From Octopus vulgaris (Eukaryota): a stretch of 64,000 nucleotides of DNA. Positions 11,029 through 23,166 of this stretch are shown one piece after another. The stretch lies in the NCBI GenBank assembly GCA_951406725.2, contig OX597825.1, positions 86,366,001 to 86,430,000 on the forward strand, written 5' to 3'. The translations under genes were made by a program, and so were the position numbers. How positions within the stretch are numbered: position 1 is the stretch's first letter; each line of letters opens with the position of its first letter. The notes under the pieces were generated by a model, which saw nothing but the letters and a program-made list of their open reading frames with translations, did no database searches and was not told the origin of the DNA.

Positions 11029-13464
11029 TTTGTTACAGAAATAGAATTCTTTTGTAGTCAACATTTATGATTTTATGCTCAGTATTTAGACAAATAAACC
11101 AAGCATATGACAACTATTCTCAAGGCTGTATGCTATCATTATTTTACAGTTATTATAGACTATTAACAAAGTAAAATTGTTAATTGCTTTGAATGTGTTC
11201 CACATCAACCCACACAGGAACCAAATAGGACAACCACAATAACAAATGAAGAATTAGTATGTTATGCTGGATAGACGTTTCATATTTATTTTAGCAAATA
11301 CATTCAACCATACTATATGAAAAATTAAAATGATAGTTTGTCAAAGAACAACTATAAATAGTTTCTGTCTGAAATGCTTACCCTAGATTTAATCATTTTT
11401 ATCATTAATGTTAAGACAGTATTTTTTTTTTCCTTCACTAAAAACAATAAACTCAGGAATTTACTTTTAAATTAAGAAATAATAATCTGACTATCTTAAT
11501 GTTAGTTTGGAATATGACAAAGATAAGACTTGTATCAGAAGAAACAGACTTAATTTCAGCTTGGGGTTGTTTTATGCCAAATTCAATTAATATTATTACA
11601 GACCTTTTCATGCAGTAATTACAATAGACTTTACATTTAGAATTACAACACTGCTAAACAGATTATTAGTGACAAAAAACTTGTCAAGCTTAAACTTTGA
11701 TAAATGTTTTTACTAATAAGCAGCCGACTAGCACCATAGACATATCAAACCCTCCTTTGGGGTGTAGATATAAATAAATGGGGTTGCTGGTGTGTATTGT
11801 GTCATTTTAATTGGTGCAAGTTTTGGGGTGTGTTTTTCTGTTTATATGAAAGCAGAGAAGGATACAGACTTTGAGAGGGATGGGGTTCTTGATAGTGGTG
11901 GAGGGGAGGGTTCTTAACCATATGTTTAGGACAGAGTTGAGGAGAGAAAGGTATAGGGCTATAAGAAAGGGAGACAAGTGTCTTATTAGTCTGGAATAAA
12001 CACCCACAGCCATTTTAGTCTTTCCTTACAGGAGTGTAAAGAGGTTAGAGTTTATTGTTTTAGTTTTTTTTGATGTTGGAAGGAAAGGATAATAAGAAGG
12101 GATTTCTAGAGATGGGAAGAGGGTGTGATCTGAGAGAGACTAGGGGGAGGGGCAAAACACAGTGGGAATGATGTAAGGAAGAAGGACAAATGAATTAAAT
12201 TTAGTTGAAATACAGTTAGCAGGTCTAGTGGAATGGGAGGCATTGCCATAGAAGAGGCCAAATAGAAGAGGAACTGATTGAAAGATCTTCTTGGAGACAA
12301 ACAAATTTTTCTTGGATGTTAGAATAATGTGTAGTGAGAGGGTGGGGAGGAGAGAGAAAGAAAGAAAGAGAGAGAGAGAGAGTGTGTGTCCCCTATTCTA
12401 AGTATGCATTTAATTATCTAGCAAAGTTAATTGGTAAAGGTCCAGCATTTATTCAAGGTTAAATCAGATTCACTAGGAAGCATTTGAAGGGTATATATGT
12501 ATGTGTGTGTAATTTTATATTCTTTAAAATCATTATTGCTAATGTTGAAGTAAAACTCAATTTGCATATATTTGCATGTTAGTTCTCGATTGTTGCAGTA
12601 CCTGATAAAGTTGAGTTTGTTATGACTCATTAAAACATTAGCTGGAAAAAATTGTTCAATGCAATATCTTATACCTTGTGACACACTGACATAGTGTACA
12701 GAACAATCACCTGAAATTTAACTTAATCAACAGGTGGTTATACTAACACAGTTATGCAGTAAAGCAGTCAACCAACAATTTCACTCCAGGGCAAAAACCA
12801 GGTAACAACAAGAAGCTGAATAACTAAAATTACTTTGTATTTCCATGAGACTACACACATAAAGAGAAACTAGAGGAAAATTCATTCAACCATAGATATT
12901 AATATTCATAAGGTCATTTGATAAAAGGTATATCCAAAAGAAATTATTTCTCATTTAGACCAAATGATTCTACCTCTATAAACTTACTCAACCAGACAAA
13001 ATTGCTCCCATTTTTAAAATAGAAGTTCCCTTTAACCAGGTCAATCTCATTCTTCCAAAGCATTGCTAATCTTATTACTAAAGTTCCACAATCTCGTTGA
13101 CATTAACTTATCATTGTAAGATGATTTACAACTTCTGTTTGTTTAGGTATACTTTGAATACAATCAAAGTCACAGAGGTACAAAGATTCCCTCTGGAAAA
13201 ATATCTAACTTGTCAGTGTAATTAGTTGTGTTTTATAACAGACATGAAAACCATTAATAATCAATAATTCACTGAAATTAAAACTGCTATAATTAACATT
13301 TGTGTTTAATTAATATTTGTTTCTTATCCCATTATATCCATTGGATAGACCAACTCAGAGCTTGAAGTGGCAGGCAAAACTTCTCCAGCAATTATCTCCT
13401 GTCTTGTAACCCAAAGGAATTTGAGAGTTAATGTTTAACTGATTTGATTTCATAGTATGAAAAC

Positions 13465-13690
13465 ATCATCATCATCATTTAACATCATTGTCTATGTTGG
13501 CATGGGTTGGACAGTTTGACCAGGGCTAGCAACTTGGGAGGCTGCACCAGACTCTAGTCTGTCTTGGCATGGTTTCTACAGCTGGATGCCCTTCCTAATG
13601 CCAATCACTCCGAGAGTGTAATGGATGCTTTTATGTGCCACCGGTATGGGTGCCATTTGCATGAAACCGGTATCTGCCACAACTGCAGTT
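13465..13690 (-). mobile_element. SINE family C ((GAT)n-tailed retroposon)
   Basis: (CAT)n TTTAAC..GCATGGGTTGGACAGTTTGAC..TTTCTACAGCTGGATGCCCTTCCTAATGCCAA. The same sequence occurs at 18063 and 22987, and inverted at 18606, 22790, 47320 and 52288. Confidence 0.85.
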
Positions 13691-13849
13691 TTACTCCAAG
13701 TCTTTCCTTCTAATCGCTCCAACCAGTAATGTTAGCTTTTGGGAATTCCCTTCCTACAGGAGTCAATTTGCAGATGGTCTTAGAGAAGCTATGAAGGTCA
13801 TAGTCATTGCTCTTACTCCTGACCATGCACATATAAAACATACATTTTG

Positions 13850-13995
13850 CAGTGGCATAGCTAGAGTGAGTCTTGCCTGGGGCAGCTCATGAGCTTCCCA
13901 TTCTCACCCCCACCCCCATTAAGGCTTAAACAACAAACCCTATGTGCAGCCATTACCCACCATAAAATGCTGCCCAGGGCAGAACACCGTGCCAA
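13850..13995. mobile_element. hAT-like MITE remnant
   Basis: Starts CAGTGGCATAGCTAG (a CAGTGGCGTAGC-type terminus), with internal inverted TGCCTGGGGCAGC / GCTGCCCAGGGCA. Confidence 0.45.
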
Positions 13996-14544
13996 GCTTC
14001 TGAGCTTTTGGCCGGCATCGATCTAAGCTGTGCCTGACATATCAGCACCACCTGTATGCACACATGCAATACAAATAATAATACCATCGGAGATATATGT
14101 CTTGTCACATAGGCAAGTGACTCAGAGCTGAAGTGTCAGGCAAAAACTGTCTGTAAAATACTGGAAATCTATAAACCATTACCAGTTAACATTCAATTCC
14201 AGACACGTTTTAAACAAATGACATTCTTTGATGTGTTTAATTAACATTTGTTTCTTATGCCATTATATCCATTGACTAAACCAATTTTTGTTGAAATCTC
14301 ACACATTGGCTGCCATTAGGTTCTATCAATGATGGTTGTAACATTTTTAGCTGAAGACAGATGTAACTATACAAGGAGAATTTCTGTATTTTCCCAACAC
14401 TGATCAATACAATATGTTGCTGCAATACAAAACAAACACATGCACACACACACACACTACTACTACTACTTGATAATGATAACAACAACAAAAAACATGT
14501 CGAAACGGAAAATAATAAATCAGTTACAAAATTATTACAAATAA

Positions 14545-14767
14545 ATATTGGTTTCAAATTCTGGCACAATGCCAGCAGTTTCAAGAGAAGGTTTGAGTTG
14601 ATTTTCATTGACTCCCACTGATCAACTGGTACTTATTTTATTGACTCTAAAAGGATGAAAGGCAAAGTCTACCTCAACAGAATTTGAACTCAGAACATAC
14701 AGATGGACAAAATGCCACTAAGCATTTTGCCCAGTATGCTAATAATGGTTCTGCCAGCTTGCTGCCT
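14545..14767 (-). mobile_element. SINE family B
   Basis: Reverse complement of the family B body (CTGGTACTTATTTTAT..AAAGGATGAAAGGCAAAGTC..ATTTGAACTCAGAAC..TTCTGCCAGCTT). Confidence 0.85.
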
Positions 14768-16145
14768 AATTAAGAATATTAATAAAATTATGTTACAAAA
14801 ACTTTCTTCATAAGAAATCTTTATTTCTTTATTAATATCTATTTTTAATAAGTTTACAACAGATTTATTATTTGTTAGAGAAGAGCATCATCATCATCAT
14901 CATCTTCATTATACAATGATGATCTATACTGAATAATAAATCAGTAGTAAACTTATTAAGAATGAATATTAATTAATCACATTATGAAACGGTACCTTTT
15001 TTTCATATAAGCTAATAACATTAGCTTAGACAAACATGCAAATAGCAGATACTCTCTACAGAAATGTATAAATTTTAATCCAATTCTGTGACAACATTTT
15101 AACAGTAAAATTAATCATAAAAACCATAAAAGAATTGAAAATATATAGCATTAGAATTGCTCCAGAAGATGACTGGTAGACAATAAACATCTAAAACCTT
15201 GAATTCTTCACTTACACTGACATTTAAAGAACAAGCTGACAAAGGGGCCTCTATGAGGTCATTTGACCTTCGTTCAACTCAATTTGAATTATCCCATTTC
15301 AAATGTGCTTACTTAATGATATTCCTAGTGTGGATCTTGCTATGGTTCTTTGCATCATAGCCTATCAATGTTCTACCCTCTTCATAGTAGCCCACATCTC
15401 ACTTGCATATAAGCTTATACTCACCACAAATAACTATTCCAACACTTTTACACAATGTGAAACAAGTTTAGCTTTAATAATGAAAATATGAACACCAGAA
15501 ACGCCACAGTTAAAAGTGAAACGTAAGTTGATTAAAGACGGCTGTTGTAATATTTTAAAACTACTCCACAGGGACAGATTGAATAAAATATTGTTTTTTA
15601 GTTGTTTATTTAGATAGGTGGATTTGTTTTTAATGAAGCAAGTATGGCAAGTGATAAAACGTTCCATTTGTTGCAATAATTTACAAATAAACCAGAGAAA
15701 AAATAAACTAAAGCCTATTTAGCAAATTAGAGTTCAACTTGGCAGAACTAAGTCATCTTAATTGGAATCTAGAGTGGGAAGTTATCAGTTTATTATATAT
15801 TGAGAAGTGAATTGCATACAGAATGTCAGGTCACATAGAGAGAGCTGGGTCAGATAAAGAGTGCCAGATCAGACAGTAAGTTCTGGACCACATACTGGCT
15901 GTTGATTAACATACTGGTTGCCAAATCACAGAGTCTAAGAAAAAGAATTGAACTTGTGCTTTTATTTTGAATGTAAAAAAAAAAGAAAGAGAAAGAAAGA
16001 GGAGGGAAGGTTGAAAGGGTGTCTATATCTGCTCCCAACTCTGTAGACATCTAAAACAATTATTGAAAGTTTGGTACATGTCACTAGATCAAACTCACCT
16101 GAGAGTGATGGCTAAGGTTTTTATGTTTTAATATTTCCCCCACTA

Positions 16146-16547
16146 AAGGCAGTGAGCTGGCAGAATTGTTAGCATGCCAGGCAAAATGCTTAGTGGCATT
16201 TTGCCTATCCTTATGCTCTGAGTTCAAATTCAGCTCATGTCCACTTTGCCTTTCATTTTTTCTGGATCAGTAAAATAAATACCAGCTGACTTCTGGTGTC
16301 AATGTAATTGACTTACTCTTCTCTCAAAGTTGCTGGCCTTCTACCAAAATTTAAAAGCAATATTTTCTCTACTAAAAGTAGCAAACTAGCAGAATCTTTA
16401 CAGCGCTGGACAAAATGCTTAATGACATTTCTTTTGATTTTGTTTTTTTGCCTTTCATCCTTTCAGGGTTGAGAAGCACCATTTGAGATTGGACTAGTTC
16501 TACCCAACTCCCTGAAATTTTTGGCTTTGTATGAAAATTTGAAACCA
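16146..16547 (+). mobile_element. Two tandem family B SINEs (16146-16362, 16375-16547)
   Basis: Two heads, AGGCAGTGAGCTGGCAGAATTGTTAGC and AGTAGCAAACTAGCAGAATC, each followed by the TTGCCTTTCAT module and an AAATTT(G/A)AAA tail. Confidence 0.8.
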
Positions 16548-17604
16548 ACCTTTCCCCTACTATCTCTCTGTTATATTTCAGTCCTCATATACTATGGTCA
16601 ATATAGTTTTAGCCTGGCTTCAACAATGGGAACCAACTGGTGGTCAGTTGGTATAGGTGTCTCAGATCCTGAACAGTGTGTCCTACTCCATTTAAAAAAA
16701 AATTCTTTTCATTTATTTTCAAAATTTTACTAAAATTCTGTATTAGATACACTTTCAGTGCAAGAAATTTATAAAGACTTCCCTATAGAAATAAACATTT
16801 GAACTGTATGTTCCATTGTTTTGCTTTCAGCGATAATGTGTTTAGGAAAATATAAATACCATCATTGATGATATAAAGTACATTTTTTGCTTCTTAAATT
16901 GGAGTGCTTGCACAAGCAAGTAGGTTTAAGCATATATGTTGTATATGTTGTTGAAGCAATTGTTTCTACAGCTGGATGTTGTTTGCTCATAGCAACAACC
17001 ATTCAGCAAAGAAGAGAAAGAGATTGGTGATATTTTTCCTTGCTAGCTTACTGTCAAATAACAATGTTATGTAAGTTTTGTACAAAATATTTCTTGTGAC
17101 TGAAAAAAATTGTTTTGTCAAAGAACCAGTTACCATGACTGTTTGGGTTACAGTACATGTAATCAAGACAGTTACGGATTCCACAGATGGCTTTCTGCCC
17201 CTCTTTCTAAGAATTTTTAACTCTATATGTTGTCAGTTGTTATTTAAAGCTGGAATCACATTTGAGACACGTCATTCATAGAAGACACATTTTTTCAGTA
17301 ATTCTGTTTTCAATAGTTTTCAATAATTCTGTTATGTTTTAAATGTAAAAATACATAGAACAGTGTTTCTCATAGACTTTGTTTTTAGTTCAAATACTGA
17401 ATATAAAAGTTGAAACTATCTTAATTTTATGAAACAGCAATTTATCTGACCCACCTCCTTTCAATAAACTTGTCCAACACCTTGGAAGAATTATGGGGAT
17501 GTAAAATCTATTCTGTGATCTTATTAGCAAAAGTGGGAGGGGTGTTAAAAATATTTTTAGGTTGTTTGGTATGTTCTCCTGACTCATAGAGCTCATTTCC
17601 CAGT

Positions 17605-17805
17605 TTCCATGGTGCATATATTATCCCCTGGTTGGGACACAAGTCCCTTGCAAGACTACTCATTTTTGCCAGCTGAGTATACTGGAGCAACATGAAATAA
17701 AGTGTTTTGCTTAAGAACACAACGCTTTGTCTAGTCCAGGAATGGAAACCACAATCTTAGGTTCAAGAGTCCAACACCCTAACAACTGAGTCACATGCCT
17801 CCACT
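17605..17805 (-). mobile_element. tRNA-headed SINE (different family)
   Basis: The minus strand starts GTGGAGGCATGTGACTCAGTTGTTAGGGTGTTGGACTC..GGTTTCCATTCCTGGAC (A/B-box-like), followed by GTTGTGTTCTTAAGCAAAACACTT. Confidence 0.7.
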
Positions 17806-18062
17806 GGATGGGTGGGTAGGTGGTTGGCATTTGTTAATTTGGGGGTGCCACTGAGTTGGATCTTATTAGAAACTGTTATATATCAATTTTTCCTGGAAGT
17901 AGTGTAACTAAAATTTTTATTTTACCATTTGATCATTGTGTACAATACTGTTTTGTCTTTTTAATGACTTTCTCATCATTATTTTAGCAAGGACAGTAAA
18001 GGCTATTTTACTGAGGAGGTCTAATAGGACTGCAACATACCCAGAGTTGCCTCCCCTGCTTA

Positions 18063-18350
18063 CTCATCATCATCATCATTGTTGTTTAATGTCCACTTTC
18101 CATGTTGTCATGGGTTGGATGGTTTGACTGAGGGCTGGCAAGCCAGAAGGCTACACCAGGCTCCAATCTGATCAGGCAAAATTTCTACAGCTGGATGCCC
18201 TTCCTAACGCCAGCCACTCTGAGAGTGTAGTGGGTGCTTTTCATGTGCCACCGGCATGAGGGCCAGTCAGTGGTACTGGCATCGATCATGCTTGAATAGT
18301 ACTTTTTACATGTCATCAACACGGGAGCCAGTCAGGTGGCACTGGCAATG
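18063..18350 (-). mobile_element. SINE family C
   Basis: (CAT)n..CATGGGTTGGATGGTTTGAC..CAGCTGGATGCCCTTCCTAACGCC. Confidence 0.85.
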
Positions 18351-18605
18351 ATGAAATAATTAAAATATTAGTAATTGATTTTATGCTGTCTTTTTTCACC
18401 ACGTAATTATTTCTAATTAGATATTTAATACTAATTAAATAAAATAAGTTAGTACTAACTTCACTAAGTATTCAGCTGTGTAGTAACCATTTTATGTGTT
18501 TTTTCTAGTTACGTAACCCCAAAAAACAGAGGCCACTTACTATATTGAGGTGGTCTCTGTATGGTTACTTGACTAACTGGAACTAACAGCATCCATTACA
18601 CTTTT

Positions 18606-18748
18606 GGAATGATTGGCATTAGGAAGGGTATCAAGCTGTAGAAACCATGCCAGATCAGGCTAGAGTCTGGTGTAGCCCCTCAGCTTGCCAGCCATGGTCA
18701 AACCATCCAACCCATGTCAGTATGGACAACGGATGTTAAATCATGATG
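18606..18748 (+). mobile_element. SINE family C 3' part
   Basis: TTGGCATTAGGAAGGGTATCAAGCTGTAGAAACC..CCAACCCATG..GGATGTTAAATCATGATG. Confidence 0.8.
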
Positions 18749-19670
18749 CACCATTAGTCTCATACTAATTTTTTTTTTAATTGACTAAGTTTTTCTGATT
18801 TAGAAAACTGGAATTATTAACATTGATTTATCTTTTCCTCTTCATTTATTTATTTATTATGTTTAATTTATTATTGTGATGATGATGTTGTAATTGTTTT
18901 TGCTGTTTTTGAAAGATTATATATATCATAAAATATATAACATATTTAATTATTTTATGTTTTGAAAATTCTATAATATTGAGCATATTGTTGATTATTT
19001 ACAAAAAGTACTTATTAATTTGGAGATCAGTGGTGAAAATTACCGTTAAGGGATTATATAATCTTATAGGCTATATAAGGTTATGGTAGCCTTCTTATTA
19101 TTGTAAAGCATAAATCAATGTAATTGTTATGGAATATATGTAGCACAGTACCAAAGTTGTAGTTGCAAAAAATTTTTTTGGTTTTCATAAATTTTATCTC
19201 TCATGCCACAATGAGTGTGTGTGTTGTAGATAAAGAAGTGAGCTAATGTGAGTGTGCATATAAATAAGAGAGTAGGAAGACCTCATTGAATGAATGTTGA
19301 AATGTTTTACGTCAACTTGGTTAGAAATTAACCCAGAAACAGTTGGTAATTAACAACTTAAACCTTATTCAGAATTTAATTATTTAGTTCTACTATTGTA
19401 GAATTAAGTAACTTGGTTTTGTGAGCTGAGACTAATTTAACTGTTAATGCCAGACACGTATAAAATGATTGTTATAAGACAACTTGAAGCATTTACTTTT
19501 AAATTTTAAAGTTGTTCCTATTCTGTTGTTGACTAATAGAAAAAAAGAAAGCAGAAGGCAAATAAAAACATTGTTATTTATTGTAATAACTCAGTCAAGT
19601 GGGATAAGTACGTGTCTGGTCAGAGAGAATCATCAACTTGTGTTTTAAATGTGTGAGTGTGTGTGTGTGT

Positions 19671-20131
19671 AGGCGCAGGCATGGGTTGGTGGTTAAGAGA
19701 AGCTCACTTTGTGACTGTGAGGTTTTGGGTTTCAGGTGGTATTGCATGACTATGGACAAGTGACTATTGCCCTAGGTCAACCAAAGTGTTGGGGGGGAAT
19801 TTGGTAGATAGAGACTGTGTGGAAGTCCATTGTGCATATGTATGTATGTAATGTATGTAATGTATGTATGTATGTATGTATGTATGTATGTATGTATGCA
19901 TGCATGCATGCATATATGCATATATGTATGTGTATATGTTTGTCTATATTTCTCTACACCTGATAACCGGTGTTGGTTTGTTTACATCGCTGTAATTTAC
20001 TGATTTAGCAAAAGAGACCAATTGAATAAGTATCAGTCCGAAAGAAAATAAATCCTGGGGTCAATTTCGTTTAAGACCATTTCATGACAGTATTCCAGCA
20101 TGGCCACAGTTCAGTGGCTAAAACAAATAAT
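19671..20131 (+). mobile_element. SINE family A with internal (TATG)n expansion
   Basis: AGGCGCAGGCATGGGTTGGTGGTTAAG head, (TATG)n at about 19837-19935, and a type 1 tail (GAATAAGTA..CCTGGGGTC..CCAGCATGGCCACAG). Confidence 0.8.
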
Positions 20132-20141
20132 AGGTTATATA

Positions 20142-20986
20142 CGAAGTCTGATCCGGATTGTTGCCATAGTAACGAAGCTAAAGCACACAGAGTGAAGCCG
20201 CTTGACACAGACAGATTGAGCTTGAACTCTGCTGTGCATACACAGTAAGTTTTAATGTTCTAGCTCACTTCCACTGTTTACAGCAGTACTTGGAAGGAAG
20301 GTGTGTAGTGTGTGATCGTTGCATTTACCACGACAGAGAATCTACATCAAATTTTGTCAAAAGCTTGCTGATACCTGCTCGGAGGCCTACGCAAAGTTTT
20401 CAAAATGTTTTCATTGTTCTTGACACAATGAAGGAGATCTTGTGCAACTGAAGCCCAAGTGTCTTTTTGGTCAGTTGAAAGCAGTTTTGCACAAACTTGG
20501 CAGACAGATGCTTCTCATACCCAAATCTTTAGTGATAATGGACTGAACTGTAACTAATCTGCACATCCTCTGATAACTCACGGATGCTGATGTGACGATT
20601 TCCCTTCACAGCTGCACGCACATCCGCAATGTTTTTCTCAGTCCTGCTGGTTGCAGGTCTCCCAGAATGTTCATCAATATCGACATTTATTTGGCCATCT
20701 TGGAAACAGCTGAACCACTCATACACTTCTCTCCATACACTTTCTGCAACTTTGCCTCTGAGCAGGTATTACCATTATAATTTTCTCTGTCAGGGTCAAT
20801 GTGATGATCACACTCAACACACTTTCCTTACAAGCACTGCTGTAAACAGCAGAAGTGAGCTAGAATGTTAAAACTTTGTGCATATGTACAGCAGAGTTTA
20901 AGGTCAATCTGTAGCAAAAGGCTTCACTATGTGTGCTTTAGTTTCATTCTGTGGTAACAGTCCGGATACTTATTGATCAAGCCTCA
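20142..20986. mobile_element. Non-autonomous mariner derivative with inverted arms of about 200 bp (two 5' ends), TA-flanked
   Basis: TA at 20140-41 and 20987-88. The arms at about 20142-20340 and 20783-20986 are reverse complements. The minus strand encodes a mariner N-terminus (YEWF..F.DG..SGRPATSRT..IRELSEDVQIS, then frameshifted DLGMR..SAKFV..KLL..DQK). The plus arm continues into ..IKFCQKL.DTCSEAYAK. Confidence 0.9.
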
Positions 20987-22553
20987 TATATATATATATA
21001 TATCATTGTTTAACATCCAATACACATGCACATATATGTACACACATACACACACTAGAGTATTATCCATCATATGATGAGTAGCTTTGAAAGTATACTT
21101 TTGCTATAATTGGTAATATCAGAAAACGTAACTTGCATACAATAATTATAATTTAACTTTTATCAAATTTCTTGGTACTTATATAAAATCAAAATGAATC
21201 TGAATTTTCAAAAGAAAAATATTTATTGCTTTGAAATTAAGTAAAACAAAGCAGTGACGTGCATAATATGTAATGGCAGAGTCGAATGTGATAATATGTT
21301 AATTGCTGGTGTATTTTGTCTACGGAGAATAACTTCTCCTTATTTCTCAGTTGTATAACTCCTCCCACAAATGCTGTCATTTCCTCTTCCCTTTCTACCA
21401 TTTTGTGTGTGTGTACAGCACTGTTTTACTCATTCTCTGTTAAATCTCTCTCTGTCTCTCTTTTGCTCTCTCTCTCTCTCTCTCTCCATCTTTCTATAGG
21501 ATATAAAGAAATCCTCCAATCAACCAACCATTGTCAGCTTCTGTTACATAGAGATGTGGTCAATAGTATTTGATCTCCACACCGCAGCCAGTGGTCTGCT
21601 GTGTGCTGTTAGTAAAGCTCACCCACAATGTGATGGATATCACTTTATTAGGATCCATTTAATGCTACTGGTTCTTCCTTTCACACTCATCATTACAGCA
21701 TTAAACACACTGGAGAGAGATGGGGAAAGTCTGTTTAAATGTTAATTGTAAAAGGAATAAATATGGATTACTTATTTACACCCTTCCGCTTTAGAGACAC
21801 CATTTCCCCTGCTCTCTCTTGGTGACATTTGACTTTAGACTTACAAAACCAAAAGCCAGTCCTCTTTTGCACTCTTTTGCTGTGCTGTAACCTTTCTTTT
21901 GTACGTTTGCCCTCCCAGTGCCTCATTGTCTAACTTTTGATCTTTCCTTCACGGGGGGGGGGGAGGTCTGTAATCTATTACAACTTTAACCAAATTTAAT
22001 AGTATTGTTTCACAGTTCTAAATTGTTTACCCTCCACCGGTTTTGCTTCCATTATTTCTCTTTCCTGTGGTCTGTTATCTGTTTCACCTCGCAGTTAGCA
22101 GTCTCAATCACATGATTACTTCTCTCTGAAGGAAATATCAGAACTACTTAGAGTATCAACATCTAAGTAACACTATTTAATCTTTTCTTGTTATGAGATT
22201 CATTTGTTTTATTTTCTAAATTTTTGTATTTCGGTTAATAGCAACCATTTATATCACCAATAATGAGAATTCAATACAACCATAACAGTTTTTTGTTAAA
22301 GAGATAATTGCTGAAAATATTGCTCATTCTCTTACAAACTGAAAAGATAAAACAAAATATTCCAACAATTTCAATAAATAGTGCTCATTATCTATTTAGC
22401 GATTAATTAGTTCATTTATATTAAGATTTAGCTCATGCTAAAGAGAGCACAAGTTTTGATGTTTCAAATTTTCAAAAAGCACAATATATTTTATTCCTAA
22501 TATTGTTGAATGATCAATCAAATTCTTAATTTTATTTTTATATAATACATGTA

Positions 22554-22790
22554 TATGAGTGAGTGAGTGAGTGAGTGAGTGAGTGAGTGAGTACACACAC
22601 ACACATTATACACACACACATTATACACATATATATATATATATATATACCCATACTAGAATGGAAAATGGATGTTAAACAATGATGAGGATGAACATAT
22701 ATACACACATATATATACATATTTATATATACATATATATACAACATATATACGTGTATATACACACACATATATACCCACATACACACA
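22554..22790. repeat. (GAGT)n, (CA)n and (TA)n microsatellite cluster
   Basis: Direct reading. Confidence 0.9.
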
Positions 22791-22982
22791 CTCTGGCACA
22801 TAAAAAGCACCCAGCATCCTCTGTTGAGTGGTTGGCATTAGAAAGAGCATCCAACTGTAGAATCCATGCCATAACAGACAGTTGGAGTCTGGACAGCTCC
22901 CTGCTAGCCAGCTCCATGTCAAACCATACAACCCATGCCAGCATGGAAAAACGGATGTTAAACGATGTTGATGATGATGATG
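22790..22982 (+). mobile_element. SINE family C
   Basis: GGCACATAAAAAGCACCC..GAGTGGTTGGCATTAG..AACCCATGCCAGCATGGAAAAACGGATGTTAAAC(GAT)n. Confidence 0.85.
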
Positions 22983-22986
22983 TATC

Positions 22987-23166
22987 TCATCATCATTTCA
23001 CATCTGTTTTCCATGCTGGCATGGGTTGTATGGTTTGACAGAGCTGGCCAGCTGAAGAATTGCACCAGGCTCCAATTGTCAGTCTTGGCATGGTTTCTAT
23101 GGTTGGATGCCCTTCCTAATGCCAACCCCTTTAGGGAGTATACGGAATGTTTTTTTATGTGGCACC
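22987..23166 (-). mobile_element. SINE family C, tail-to-tail with the previous copy
   Basis: (CAT)n..TTTTCCATGCTGGCATGGGTTGTATGGTTTGACA..GGATGCCCTTCCTAATGCCAACC. Confidence 0.85.

Noticed and set aside
12750-13200. Possible relic LINE reverse transcriptase
   Set aside because: Only vague echoes of KAFD/YADD-type motifs across frameshifts; cannot be supported without a profile search.
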